Shown in pieces: positions 17,071 to 26,636 of a DNA stretch of 27,405 nt (the first letter of the stretch is position 1; every line of letters begins with the position of its first letter). The stretch comes from Steroidobacteraceae bacterium (GTDB lineage: Bacteria > Pseudomonadota > Gammaproteobacteria > Steroidobacterales > Steroidobacteraceae). The DNA is taken from positions 1 to 27,405 of the forward strand of contig DASUYI010000321.1 of NCBI GenBank assembly GCA_036377475.1, read 5' to 3'. The notes beneath the pieces are model-generated. The model was not told the origin of the DNA. It made no database searches and saw only the letters and a program-made list of their open reading frames with translations. The position numbers and the translations under genes were made by a program.

Positions 17071-17553
17071 ATGGACCTCAGTCACTGGGCTGATGTCGCC
17101 GAAATCGTCGGTGCAGCGACCGTCGCGGGCGGAATTGTATTCGCGGTCGCCCAGTTGCTGGCCTTACGGCGACAGCGGCGCGAGCTTGCGACGATCGAGC
17201 TTGGGCGCTCATTCGAGAACCCGGACTTCGCCAGAGCGTTGCGTTTGGTGCTGTCGTTGCCCGCCGGCCTTGACGCTGCACAGCTGCGTGCCCGCGGGCC
17301 GGGTATCGAGGACGCCGCGGTCCTCGTTAGCCTGACAATCGAGTCGATCGGCCTGATGTGCCAGCGCGGAATTACTGACGTCGACGTGGTGTGGGACCTC
17401 ATGGGCGGCGTCGTCCTGACTGGTTGGGGCAACCTGTGCGGGTGGGTCGCGGATGTGCGTCGCGAGCAGCGCAATCCAAAGTTCGACGAGTGGTTCGAGT
17501 GGCTCGCGACCGACTTCGAGCGCCGCCGTATTACCCGCCCTGCAAGCACCTGA
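17071..17553 (+). CDS. Hypothetical protein with N-terminal TM, DUF4760-like
   Basis: AGAGGA RBS then ATG 17071. TM, then ESIGLMCQRGITD..W..VADVRREQRNPKFDEWFEWL, which resembles the DUF4760 pattern. The family call is from memory. Confidence 0.7.
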   Translation: MDLSHWADVAEIVGAATVAGGIVFAVAQLLALRRQRRELATIELGRSFENPDFARALRLVLSLPAGLDAAQLRARGPGIEDAAVLVSLTIESIGLMCQRGITDVDVVWDLMGGVVLTGWGNLCGWVADVRREQRNPKFDEWFEWLATDFERRRITRPAST

Positions 17554-17564
17554 CGGCGCCGTAT

Positions 17565-17693
17565 CGTGCGACGAACGGCGGGTGGATGACGGCTACCGGC
17601 CGTCGGGTTGCCAATCGTGTCGCTGTAGGGACCGCGGCGAGCCCGAACAGCGTGCGCAAGTTGACTAACAATCGTTTCCATTCAGACTCACCT
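17565..17693. repeat. Direct repeat copy 2 (129 bp)
   Basis: Begins 11 bp after the 17553 stop. Core 17652-17693 (gtgcgcaagttgactaacaatcgtttccattcagactcacct) is identical to 16850-16891. Confidence 0.95.
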
Positions 17694-17770
17694 GCACAAG
17701 CAAGTGGAATACCACGCGACGGCGATCAGTTCCGCCGCTTCACGAACACGAAATAGGGGAGGAAGAACTC

Positions 17771-19705
17771 ATGCAAAGACCACGACTCGCGATTGCGCTG
17801 GCGCTGGGATTGTCCGTACCGGCATTGCTCGCCGGATGTTCGCGCAAGCAACCCGAGCAGGCCGCCGACACGGCGTCCCCTGACGCCGCCGCATCGACGG
17901 CCGCGAATCCGGCAAGTCCCGGATACCCGACGCGAGTGTTCTTCGGCGACACGCACCTGCACACCGCCATGTCGATGGACGCCGGCCTGTTCGGCAACCG
18001 CCTCGGTGTCGAGGAGGCCTACCGCTTCGCGCGTGGCGAAGAGGTGACCGCTTCGAGCGGAACCAAGGCGAAGTTGTCGCGCCCGCTCGATTTCCTGGTG
18101 GTTGCCGACCACTCCGACAACATGGGATTCGCGCCGGATCTGATCGGAGGAAAACCGGATCTCCTCACCGATCCCACCGGCAAGAAATGGTACGACATGA
18201 TCCAGGCCGGCGAGGGCAATGCGGCTGCGATGGACCTCATCGACAAGTTCTCGCGCGGCATCCTTCCCGAGAAGTTGATGTACGCTCCAGGCACGCCCCC
18301 GTATGCCGCGGCCTGGAAGCTGACGGTGGATGCGGCGGAGAAATACAACGAGCCCGGCAAGTTCACGGCCTTCATCGGGTATGAGTGGACCTCGCAGGTG
18401 CCGCCCGGCAACAACCTGCACCGCGTCGTGATTTACCGCGACGGCGGCGACAAGGCCGGTCAGGTCGAGCCCTTCACGACGTATCCGCCCGCCGGCAGCA
18501 CGACCCCCGAAGACCTGTGGAAGGTGCTGCAGGCGTACGAGGCGAAGACCGGCGGACAGGTGCTGGCCATCCCACACAACGGCAATCTGTCCAACGGCTG
18601 GATGTTCCCGTGGGACGTCAACCCGGCCAGCAAGCAACCGCTTACGCGCGAGTACGCCGAAACGCGCATGCGCTGGGAGCCGCTGTACGAAGTCACCCAG
18701 ATCAAGGGCGACGGTGAGGCGCATCCGTTCCTGTCGAAGACGGACGAATTCGCCGACTTCGAGACCTGGGACAAGGGCAACCTCAACCTGAGCGAGCTCA
18801 AGAAGAAGGAAATGCTGCAGGGCGAGTACGCGCGCACCGCGTTGCAGACCGGCTTGCAACTCGAGCAGAAGCTGGGCGTGAATCCGTACAAGTTCGGGCA
18901 GGTCGGCTCGACCGACTCGCACACGTCGCTCACAACGGCCGACGACGACAACTTCTGGGGCAAGAACACGCCCAGTGAGCCCAGTGCAACTCGCGCCTCG
19001 CACCCCTTCGCGAAGACCAAGCTCGCCACGATCATGGGGTGGGAGCAGACAGCCTCCGGCTACGCGGCGGTCTGGGCGACGGAGAACACCCGCGCTGCCC
19101 TGTGGGACGCCATGAAGCGCAAGGAAACCTATGCCACCACCGGCCCGCGGATGACCGTGCGTTTCTTCGGCGGCTGGGATTTCGTCGAGGCCGACGCGCA
19201 GGCGGCGGATGTCGCCGCGGCCGGTTACGGCAAGGGTGTGCCGATGGGCGGCGACCTCAAGCGTGCGGCCGCTGACAAGGTGCCTACATTCCTGGTCGCG
19301 GCGATGAAGGATCCTGCGGGCGGCAACCTCGACCGCATCCAGATCGTCAAGGGATGGGTCGATCCGCAGGGGGCGCGGCAAGAGAAGGTGTATGACGTCG
19401 TCTGGTCGGGAGATCGCAAACCCGGAACGGATGGCAAGCTGCCGGCCGTGGGCAATACCGTCGACGTTGCCAACGCGACGTACACCAACAGCATCGGCGC
19501 GGCGCAGCTGGCGGCCGTGTGGAGGGATCCGGGTTTCGATCCGAGCCTCAGGGCGGTGTACTACGTTCGCGTGCTCGAGATCCCCACGCCTCGCTGGACC
19601 GCACACGACGCGAAGCGCTTCAACGTCAAGATGCCCAAGGAGGTGCGGATGGTCACGCAGGAGCGCGCTTATACGTCGCCGATCTGGTACACGCCGTCAG
19701 GTTGA
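17771..19705 (+). CDS. DUF3604 domain lipoprotein (PHP-like metallohydrolase fold)
   Basis: Lipobox LAGC. GDTHLHT, RPLDFLVVADHSD, IPHNGNLSNG, EVTQIKGDGE, STDSH, RKETYATTGPR, QERAYTSPIWY are characteristic DUF3604 motifs. Confidence 0.9.
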   Translation: MQRPRLAIALALGLSVPALLAGCSRKQPEQAADTASPDAAASTAANPASPGYPTRVFFGDTHLHTAMSMDAGLFGNRLGVEEAYRFARGEEVTASSGTKAKLSRPLDFLVVADHSDNMGFAPDLIGGKPDLLTDPTGKKWYDMIQAGEGNAAAMDLIDKFSRGILPEKLMYAPGTPPYAAAWKLTVDAAEKYNEPGKFTAFIGYEWTSQVPPGNNLHRVVIYRDGGDKAGQVEPFTTYPPAGSTTPEDLWKVLQAYEAKTGGQVLAIPHNGNLSNGWMFPWDVNPASKQPLTREYAETRMRWEPLYEVTQIKGDGEAHPFLSKTDEFADFETWDKGNLNLSELKKKEMLQGEYARTALQTGLQLEQKLGVNPYKFGQVGSTDSHTSLTTADDDNFWGKNTPSEPSATRASHPFAKTKLATIMGWEQTASGYAAVWATENTRAALWDAMKRKETYATTGPRMTVRFFGGWDFVEADAQAADVAAAGYGKGVPMGGDLKRAAADKVPTFLVAAMKDPAGGNLDRIQIVKGWVDPQGARQEKVYDVVWSGDRKPGTDGKLPAVGNTVDVANATYTNSIGAAQLAAVWRDPGFDPSLRAVYYVRVLEIPTPRWTAHDAKRFNVKMPKEVRMVTQERAYTSPIWYTPSG

Positions 19706-19709
19706 TTCG

Positions 19710-20573
19710 ATGATGGATCAGGCCAAGCCTCGATGGGCAGTCGTCAGCAGGGTCCTGCGGGAGCCGCTCCTGCATTTCCTGCTGATCGGGCTCGCCTTGT
19801 TCACCTACTACGGGCGTGCCGCGCCTGAGGGCGGCGACGAGCGGCGCATCGTCGTCAGCCAGGCGCACGTCGACGAGCTCGGTCGGCGTTTTCAGGCGAC
19901 CTGGAATCGTCCAGCGACCGCAAAGGAGCTTGCTGGGCTCGTCGACAGCTACGTCAGTGACGAGATCCTTTACCGCGAAGGCAGGACGCTGGGCCTGGAC
20001 CGCGACGACCAGGTCATCAAGCGGCGTGTCCGACAGAAAGTCGAGGTGCTGGCTGAGGAAGACGGCGAGCGTCGCACGCCGACCGACGCCGAACTCACCG
20101 CCTACCTGGTCGCGCACCCGGAGAAGTTTGCGCCGCCGGCGCTCGTGAGCTTCGAGCAACTGTATTTCGATTCGACGAAGGCCGGCGTCGAGTCACGCGT
20201 TCGCGCGGCCGGCGTGAGGTTGGCGGCGGGCGATCAACCCGCGTCGCTGGGCGAGCCGACGATGTTGCCGTATCGGGTCGATCGCGCAGACCTTGATACG
20301 GTCGAGCACGATTTCGGCTCGGACTTTGCTTCGACGTTGACGACCGTGCCGCGCGGACAGTGGGTCGGCCCGGTGCGGTCTGGACTCGGCGTGCACCTGG
20401 TCCGCGTGACGACCTCGACGCCCTCGGTGCGGCCGGCGCTCGACGACGTCAGGCAGCAAGTGCAACGTGAGTGGGAGTACGACCGGCGCAAACGCGCCTT
20501 TGCTGCGAGCTACGAAAGAATGCGCGCCAGGTACGACGTGGCGATCGAGGCTCGTCTGGCGCACGCGCAATGA
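19710..20573 (+). CDS. Parvulin/PpiC-like (rotamase) foldase family membrane-anchored protein
   Basis: LREPLLHFLLIG TM; EILYREG..LGLDRDDQVIKRR; W.GPVRSGLGVHLVRV. Starts 4 bp after the DUF3604 stop. Confidence 0.82.
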   Translation: MMDQAKPRWAVVSRVLREPLLHFLLIGLALFTYYGRAAPEGGDERRIVVSQAHVDELGRRFQATWNRPATAKELAGLVDSYVSDEILYREGRTLGLDRDDQVIKRRVRQKVEVLAEEDGERRTPTDAELTAYLVAHPEKFAPPALVSFEQLYFDSTKAGVESRVRAAGVRLAAGDQPASLGEPTMLPYRVDRADLDTVEHDFGSDFASTLTTVPRGQWVGPVRSGLGVHLVRVTTSTPSVRPALDDVRQQVQREWEYDRRKRAFAASYERMRARYDVAIEARLAHAQ

Positions 20574-21568
20574 AGGTTCGAGGGCACCTGCTGCTGATGC
20601 TGTTGACGCTCGCGATGGCGCCGACCGCGTTCGCCGATGTGTTCCGGCCTGCGTACCTGGAGCTGACGCAGATCGCGCCGGACCGCTACGAGGTCCTGTG
20701 GAAGGTGCCGGCACTCGACGAGTCGACGACGCTCGGGCTGCGGCCTGAATTTCCGGAGGGCACGGTCGTGGTGGAGCCCGTCCAAAGCAGCTACGCCGGT
20801 GGCACGGCCGTCCAGCGTTGGGCCATCGCCGTTCCTGGCGGGTTCGACGGCAAGCCAATTGAATTCGAGGGCCTGTCCGCCACCGGGATCGATCTGTTGG
20901 TGCGCCTGGTGAGGAGCGACGGCACGGTACAGCTCGAGCGCGTCCTGCCGGCCAGCCCGACGTTCGTCGCCATCGCGTCTCCCGGTGCGTTCGAAGTCGT
21001 GCCGGCATACACCGTGCTCGGCGTCGAACACATCCTGACCGGTTTCGATCACTTGCTGTTCGTGCTGGCACTCGTCCTGATCGTGCGTGACACCCGACGG
21101 CTGATCTGGACTGTCACGGCCTTTACGGTGGCCCATTCGATCACGTTGGCGCTGGCGACCTTGGGCGTGATTCGCGTGCCGGGCCCGCCGGTGGAAGCGA
21201 TCATCGCGTTGTCGATCGTGTTCGTTGCCAACGAGATCATCCACCAGCGACGCGGCACCGAGGGACTGGCGGCGCGCAAGCCGTGGCTGGTCGCATTTTC
21301 GTTCGGGCTGCTGCACGGCCTGGGTTTCGCCGGCGCGCTCGCGGAGGTGGGCTTGCCGCAGAACGCCATTGCCCTCGCGCTGCTGTTCTTCAACGTCGGG
21401 GTCGAAGTCGGGCAATTGCTGTTCATCGCCGCCGTGCTGGCATGCGGCACCCTGCTGCGGCGCGTGGCGGCGCCAGTGCTCGACGCGAAGCGGGTGGTGA
21501 TCCCGCTGGCGTATGGCATCGGCGGCATCGCGAGTTTCTGGTTCATCGAGCGGATCGCCGCGTTCTGA
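20570..21568 (+). CDS. HupE/UreJ-family membrane protein with N-terminal periplasmic domain
   Basis: LGVEHILTGFDHLLFV, AFTVAHSITL, VEAIIALSI, FGLLHGLGFA, FNVGVEVGQL. Signal peptide; ATGA overlap with the upstream gene. Confidence 0.9.
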   Translation: MKVRGHLLLMLLTLAMAPTAFADVFRPAYLELTQIAPDRYEVLWKVPALDESTTLGLRPEFPEGTVVVEPVQSSYAGGTAVQRWAIAVPGGFDGKPIEFEGLSATGIDLLVRLVRSDGTVQLERVLPASPTFVAIASPGAFEVVPAYTVLGVEHILTGFDHLLFVLALVLIVRDTRRLIWTVTAFTVAHSITLALATLGVIRVPGPPVEAIIALSIVFVANEIIHQRRGTEGLAARKPWLVAFSFGLLHGLGFAGALAEVGLPQNAIALALLFFNVGVEVGQLLFIAAVLACGTLLRRVAAPVLDAKRVVIPLAYGIGGIASFWFIERIAAF

Positions 21569-21753
21569 CGGCGGCGTCGCGCGCGCTCGACTGTCCCCGT
21601 TTGTGTACCCGCTGAACGGAGCGGACCGTAACCCCTTTTTCAGTAGCGGACACGCGGCAGGCATTCAGTTGGCCACGTAAAGAATGACCGTCGGCCGATC
21701 CTTTTCGCAGGAGCGGACCCGCGAGTATCAGTTCCAGGGACGGTGGCCCGCGC

Positions 21754-23886
21754 CTAGACCGGTAACTTCCGCACGCGCTTGCCCGTCGCCGCGAAGATGG
21801 CATTGACCACCGCAGGCGTTGCCGGCGGCAGGCCTGGCTCGCCTATGCCCCCCGGCGCCTCGGTGCTCGGCACGATGTGCACTTCGACCCTGGGCATCTC
21901 GTTCATGCGCAGCATCGGGTAATCGTCGAAGTTCGATTGCTGCACGCGGCCGTTCGCAAAGGTGATCTTGCCGTACAGCGCAGCGCTCAGGCCGTAGACG
22001 ATCGCGCCCTCGACCTGTCGCTTGATGATCTCCGGATTGACGGTTGCGCCGCAATCGACGGCGGCGACGACACGGTGCACGCGCGGCTTGCCCTCGGCAT
22101 CCATCGAGACTTCGGCAACCTGGGCGACGTAACTCCCGAACGAACTGGCCACGGCCACGCCACGATGCACGCCCTGTGGCAACGGCGAGCCCCAGCCCGC
22201 CTTCTGTGCGGCGAGGTCCAGTGCACCGCGCAGGCGCGGCTGCTTGCCGAGCAGCGAGCGGCGAAACTCGACGGGATCCTTGCCGGTGGCCGCAGCGACT
22301 TCGTCGATGAAGGACTCGAGGAAATACGCGTTCTGCGAGTGCCCGACCGACCGCCAGAACCACACCGGAATGCCGGGCTCCGCCTGCGTGTATTCGACGC
22401 GCAGGTTCGGAAACGCGTAGGGGCAGTCGATGATGCCTTCCACGGCCTGTTCGTCGATGCCTTTCGGGAGTTCCTTCACGAACCCCGCGCCGATCATGAG
22501 TGAAGGCGCGGCGATACGCGCAAGCAGAGAGACCGGATTGCCGTCCTTGTCGAGCCCCGCCTTGAAGCGGGTCACCGACGCGGGTCGGTAGAACCAGGCG
22601 CGGGTGTCGTCTTCGCGCGAATACACGAGCTTTACGGGCGCGCCGGCAGCCTTCGATATCAGCGTGGACGAGACGATGAAATCCGGCGCGAAGCGACGGC
22701 CGAAACCGCCGCCGAGGTAAGTCGTGTGAACCTTCACCTTCTCGGGCGGCAGCCCCGTCAATTCGGCGACGATGCCCTGGTGCGGCCCCGGCCCCTGCGT
22801 AGGGGCCCAGACTTCCGCCTCACCGGCGCGTACCCACGCCGTGCAGTTCATCGGCTCCATGCAGGCGTGTGCGAGGTAGGGCACCTCGTAGATCGCTTCG
22901 AGCGACTTCGCGACGGGCGCATCGACGTTGCCTTCGCTGCGGGCCACGTTCCCCGGCTTCGTCGTCGCGTCGGTCAGGGACTTCGAAATCGCCTCCGACG
23001 TCAACGTCCCGAGCGGCCCGTCGTCCCATTTGACGACCAGTGCATCGCGCCCCTTGAGCGCTGGCCAGTATCCGTCCGCGAGCACCGCGACGCCCTGCGG
23101 AATCTGCACGATCTTGCGTACGCCCGGAATCGCCTTCGCGGCCGTGTCGTCGACCGACACCACCTTGGCGCCCGGCACCGGCGCGTGCGCCATCACCGCC
23201 GTGAGCAGGCCGGGCAACTTCACGTCGATGCCAAACTGCGCGGTGCCGTTGACCTTCGCGGGCGTGTCGATGCGCGGGACGCCCTTGCCGAGAATGCGGA
23301 AATCCTTCGGGTCCTTGAGCGGCGGGTCCTGCGGGACCGGCAGCTTCGACGCGGCCGCAACGAGTTCGCCGTAGCCCAGCGAGCGACCGCCGGCACCGTA
23401 GACCCGGCCGTTCTCGGTGCGACACGTGGCAGCGTCGACCCCCCACTGCGCGGCTGCCGCCGTCACGAGCATCTGCCGCGCCGCGGCGCCGGCCTTGCGC
23501 ATCGGCAGGTAGCCGCCGCGGATCGACGACGACCCGCCGGTCGCCTGCATGCCAAACGAAGGATTGACGTAGGCCTTGTCGACGGGTGCTTGCTCAAGTC
23601 GGACGCTCTTCCAATCGGCGTCGAGTTCTTCGGCGACCAGCGAGGCGATGCCCGTGTGCGCGCCCTGGCCCATCTCCGACAGGCCGCTCACCACGGTGAT
23701 CTCCCCGTTCGGTGCGATCCGCAGGAACGCATTCGGGGCAAAGCTGCTCCCCGCGGCTGGCGTCGCCGCGGCAGCGGCCCCAAAACGCGTCACGGCGGGA
23801 ATGGTGAACCCGATGACCAGCGCACCGGTCGCGGCAGCCGAGCCCTTCAGGAAGTCGCGGCGCGTCGTGAGATTGTCCGTGCTCAT
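21754..23886 (-). CDS. Xanthine dehydrogenase-family molybdopterin-binding subunit (IorB-like), Tat signal
   Basis: TRRDFLK twin-arginine motif; SEMGQG; HACMEPMN; GGGFGRR; WRSVG; GIGEPG. Confidence 0.93.
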   Translation of the reverse strand: MSTDNLTTRRDFLKGSAAATGALVIGFTIPAVTRFGAAAAATPAAGSSFAPNAFLRIAPNGEITVVSGLSEMGQGAHTGIASLVAEELDADWKSVRLEQAPVDKAYVNPSFGMQATGGSSSIRGGYLPMRKAGAAARQMLVTAAAAQWGVDAATCRTENGRVYGAGGRSLGYGELVAAASKLPVPQDPPLKDPKDFRILGKGVPRIDTPAKVNGTAQFGIDVKLPGLLTAVMAHAPVPGAKVVSVDDTAAKAIPGVRKIVQIPQGVAVLADGYWPALKGRDALVVKWDDGPLGTLTSEAISKSLTDATTKPGNVARSEGNVDAPVAKSLEAIYEVPYLAHACMEPMNCTAWVRAGEAEVWAPTQGPGPHQGIVAELTGLPPEKVKVHTTYLGGGFGRRFAPDFIVSSTLISKAAGAPVKLVYSREDDTRAWFYRPASVTRFKAGLDKDGNPVSLLARIAAPSLMIGAGFVKELPKGIDEQAVEGIIDCPYAFPNLRVEYTQAEPGIPVWFWRSVGHSQNAYFLESFIDEVAAATGKDPVEFRRSLLGKQPRLRGALDLAAQKAGWGSPLPQGVHRGVAVASSFGSYVAQVAEVSMDAEGKPRVHRVVAAVDCGATVNPEIIKRQVEGAIVYGLSAALYGKITFANGRVQQSNFDDYPMLRMNEMPRVEVHIVPSTEAPGGIGEPGLPPATPAVVNAIFAATGKRVRKLPV

Positions 23887-23899
23887 GGCGGTCTCCGTG

Positions 23900-24361
23900 T
23901 CAGGCGCCGAGCGCCGTCGCAGCGTCCTTGATGGCGGCGCGGATCTGGTTGTACGTACCGCAGCGGCAGAGGTTGCGGCGCATGGCCTGGTCGATGTCGG
24001 CGTCGCTCGGCTTGGGCTTGGTCGCGAGCAGCGCGGCGGCGCTCATGATCTGGCCACTCTGGCAATAGCCGCACTGTGGCACGTCGTGGCGGATCCAGGC
24101 CGCCTGCAGGGCTTGCCCGATGCGATTTGAGTCCATCGCCTCGATCGTCGTCACTTGCTTGCCCGCCACCGCTTCGATCGTCGTCGAGCACGCACGGGTT
24201 GCCTTGCCGTCTACGTGCACGGTGCACGCGCCGCAGGTTGAGATGCCACAGCCGAACTTCGTACCGGTGTAGCCCAGCTCGTCGCGCAGCGCCCAGAGCA
24301 ACGGCGTGTCGGGCGTGGCGGACAGTTGTACGATCTTTCCGTTGACCGTCAGTGTGATCAT
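23900..24361 (-). CDS. (2Fe-2S)-binding small subunit (IorA/CoxS-like)
   Basis: [33 protein letters not shown]. Confidence 0.95.
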   Translation of the reverse strand: MITLTVNGKIVQLSATPDTPLLWALRDELGYTGTKFGCGISTCGACTVHVDGKATRACSTTIEAVAGKQVTTIEAMDSNRIGQALQAAWIRHDVPQCGYCQSGQIMSAAALLATKPKPSDADIDQAMRRNLCRCGTYNQIRAAIKDAATALGA

Positions 24362-24431
24362 CTCGAGGCTCCCCGTGCAGGAAGGCAGTTGCCGGTCGGC
24401 GGTTCCGTCGAATCGAGTATAAGGCCGTAAC

Positions 24432-25529
24432 GTGGACGTATCACTGCATCCGCTGCTGCCGCTGTACGCGCGGGCCCGTGCGGAGGAATTGCCGCTGGTG
24501 CTGGCGACCGTGGTCGCGACCCGCGGTTCAACCTATCGCAAGGCCGGCGCACAGATGCTGATCGCGGCCGACGGACAATACGCAGGCCTACTCTCCGGCG
24601 GCTGCCTCGAGAACGACCTCGTCGAGCACACGAAGCCCGTCTTCGAGACCGGCAGGCCGAAGCTCGTGCAGTACGACAATTCGGGCGACGACGACCTGTT
24701 GTGGGGACTGGGCGCGGGCTGTGACGGCGGCATGGATGTCTGGCTCGTCCGCCTCGATCCCGCGGCGTCGTGGGCGCCGTTCGGCGTGCTGGCGAGCTGT
24801 TTCGATCAGCGCCTGGCCGTCACGTATGGACTGGTCCTCGCCTCATCGATACCGGAGTTACCCGCGGGGGCGTCGGTCTGGTCGGCAGGCGACGGCATCG
24901 CGCAGGCCGGGATGCCGCCGCCGCTGGCGCAATGGATTGATCGACAGTTGCAGGGAAGCGCGCCCTCGTTGGCGACGCGCATCGTCCGACTCGACGAACC
25001 CCGCGTGCAGTTGTTCGTCTCGCGCGTGGAACCGCCGCGCGAGGTACTGCTGGTCGGCGGTGGACCGGATGCACTGCCGGTGGTCGAATTCGCCGCCGCG
25101 CTGGGATGGCGCGTGACGGTGGCGGATCACCGACCGGCGTACGCGGCAGCCGCGAAATTCCCGCGAGCGCGGCGCGTGTTACTCGCGGCACCGAAGGAAC
25201 TTTCGCGACACGTGGAACTCGCGTCGTTCGATGCCGCGGTGATCATGAGCCATCACTTCGCGACAGATCTGGCAGCGCTTTCGACGCTGGTGGAATCGCC
25301 CATTCCTTACGTCGGTTTGCTGGGGCCGGCTCTGCGCCGCAAGCAGTTGCTCGCGGATCTCGGCCCGACGGCCGCGGCGATCTACGGTGCGAGGCTGCAC
25401 GCGCCCGTCGGCCTCGATCTCGGCGGTCGCGATCCCGCGAGCATCGCGCTCGCGATCGTCGCGGAGATCCAGGCGTTCTTCCATGGCAAGGACAGGGCCA
25501 TCCCGCCGCGGCAGGCGCCGGTCGCATGA
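24432..25529 (+). CDS. xdhC: XdhC/CoxI-family molybdenum-cofactor insertion chaperone
   Basis: [34 protein letters not shown]; [30 protein letters not shown]. Confidence 0.9.
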   Translation: MDVSLHPLLPLYARARAEELPLVLATVVATRGSTYRKAGAQMLIAADGQYAGLLSGGCLENDLVEHTKPVFETGRPKLVQYDNSGDDDLLWGLGAGCDGGMDVWLVRLDPAASWAPFGVLASCFDQRLAVTYGLVLASSIPELPAGASVWSAGDGIAQAGMPPPLAQWIDRQLQGSAPSLATRIVRLDEPRVQLFVSRVEPPREVLLVGGGPDALPVVEFAAALGWRVTVADHRPAYAAAAKFPRARRVLLAAPKELSRHVELASFDAAVIMSHHFATDLAALSTLVESPIPYVGLLGPALRRKQLLADLGPTAAAIYGARLHAPVGLDLGGRDPASIALAIVAEIQAFFHGKDRAIPPRQAPVA

Positions 25530-26143
25530 CGCCACCCGACTTGCAGATGGTCTTGCTGGCGGCCGGCAGTTCGTCACGCTTCGGCTCGCCGAAATTGCTG
25601 GCCGACGTCGATGGACAACCGATGCTGGCCACCGCGATCGACACGCTGTTGGCACTCGGGCATCGCGACTCGATCGTCGTGGTAATCGGTGCGCACGCGG
25701 TCGAGTTGGAACCCTTGGTGCGCGAGGCCGCAGTGAAGTCGTTGTTCAATGCGGACTTCGAACAGGGTATGTCGAGCTCCATTCGCGCAGGCCTGTCGGC
25801 AGTGCGGCCCGATTGTGGCGGCGTCCTGATCCTGCTGGCCGACCAGGTCGCGGTGACGTCCGACGACCTGCGCCGGCTCGTCGCCCGCTGGCAGGAACAG
25901 CCGGATCGTATCGCGGCGGCTCGTTATGCCCATGTCACCGGCGTGCCCGCGATCTTTCCAGCGGCGTTGTTCGACGAGCTGGCCGCGCTTCAGGGCGATC
26001 GCGGCGCACGGGAGTTGCTGAAGCGATTTGCGGAGCAGGTGGTGACGGTACACATGCCAAGTGCCGCCGTGGACGTGGACACGCCTGCGGACCTGGACGC
26101 CCTGCAGTTGATGCGGCCCGGATTGAGTAAGCGCGTGCGCTGA
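25526..26143 (+). CDS. Nucleotidyltransferase family protein (MocA-like Mo-cofactor cytidylyltransferase)
   Basis: LLAAGSSSRFGSPKLL; GMSSSIRAG; LADQ; PAIF..L..LQGDRGAR; DVDTPADL. ATGA overlap with xdhC. Confidence 0.88.
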   Translation: MTPPDLQMVLLAAGSSSRFGSPKLLADVDGQPMLATAIDTLLALGHRDSIVVVIGAHAVELEPLVREAAVKSLFNADFEQGMSSSIRAGLSAVRPDCGGVLILLADQVAVTSDDLRRLVARWQEQPDRIAAARYAHVTGVPAIFPAALFDELAALQGDRGARELLKRFAEQVVTVHMPSAAVDVDTPADLDALQLMRPGLSKRVR

Positions 26144-26222
26144 TCGACTCTTACGCGTTTGCGATCGGCTCGCGCGCGACCGAGACGCGGAACGATCGGT
26201 CATCCGGCGGCAGTCGCGGTCG

Positions 26223-26636
26223 TCAGCTGCCCGCGAGGCGCGCATGGACAGCGCGCAGGACGTCCTTGCGTGTTACCACGCCGATCAGGCGCTGACCGTC
26301 CATGACCATGAACCGGCGACGCGCGGGTTCGTTCAGGAACATCCCCGCCACGTAATAGACATCCATCGCCGGTGACACTTTGGTGAATGTCGTGGCCATG
26401 AAGTCGCGCACCTGTCCGCGGGCCATGTCACCGCCCTGGCCCTCGGCCAGGAGCCTGAGGCAGTCGTATTCCGACAACTCGCCGACCACGTCTCCATGAT
26501 CGTCGACCACCGGAGCGCCGGTGATACCCTCGTCGAGGAGGCGGCGCACGGCGACCAGAATGTCATCGGTGTCGGCCAGAGCGTGCGTGTCGGTATCCAT
26601 GTACATGCGAACGCTGGGGATCGAGGGGGTGTGCAT
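26223..26636 (-). CDS. CBS-domain pair protein
   Basis: GITGAPVVDDHGDVVGELSEYDCL and RRFMVMDGQRLIGVVTRKDVLRA. Confidence 0.88.
   Translation of the reverse strand: MHTPSIPSVRMYMDTDTHALADTDDILVAVRRLLDEGITGAPVVDDHGDVVGELSEYDCLRLLAEGQGGDMARGQVRDFMATTFTKVSPAMDVYYVAGMFLNEPARRRFMVMDGQRLIGVVTRKDVLRAVHARLAGS

Noticed and set aside
17082-17681. 199-aa minus-strand ORF starting METIVSQLAH in repeat copy 2
   Set aside because: Antisense to the better-supported 17071 gene, and low-complexity Arg/Ser-rich.
17726-19606. 626-aa minus-strand ORF
   Set aside because: Antisense shadow of DUF3604.
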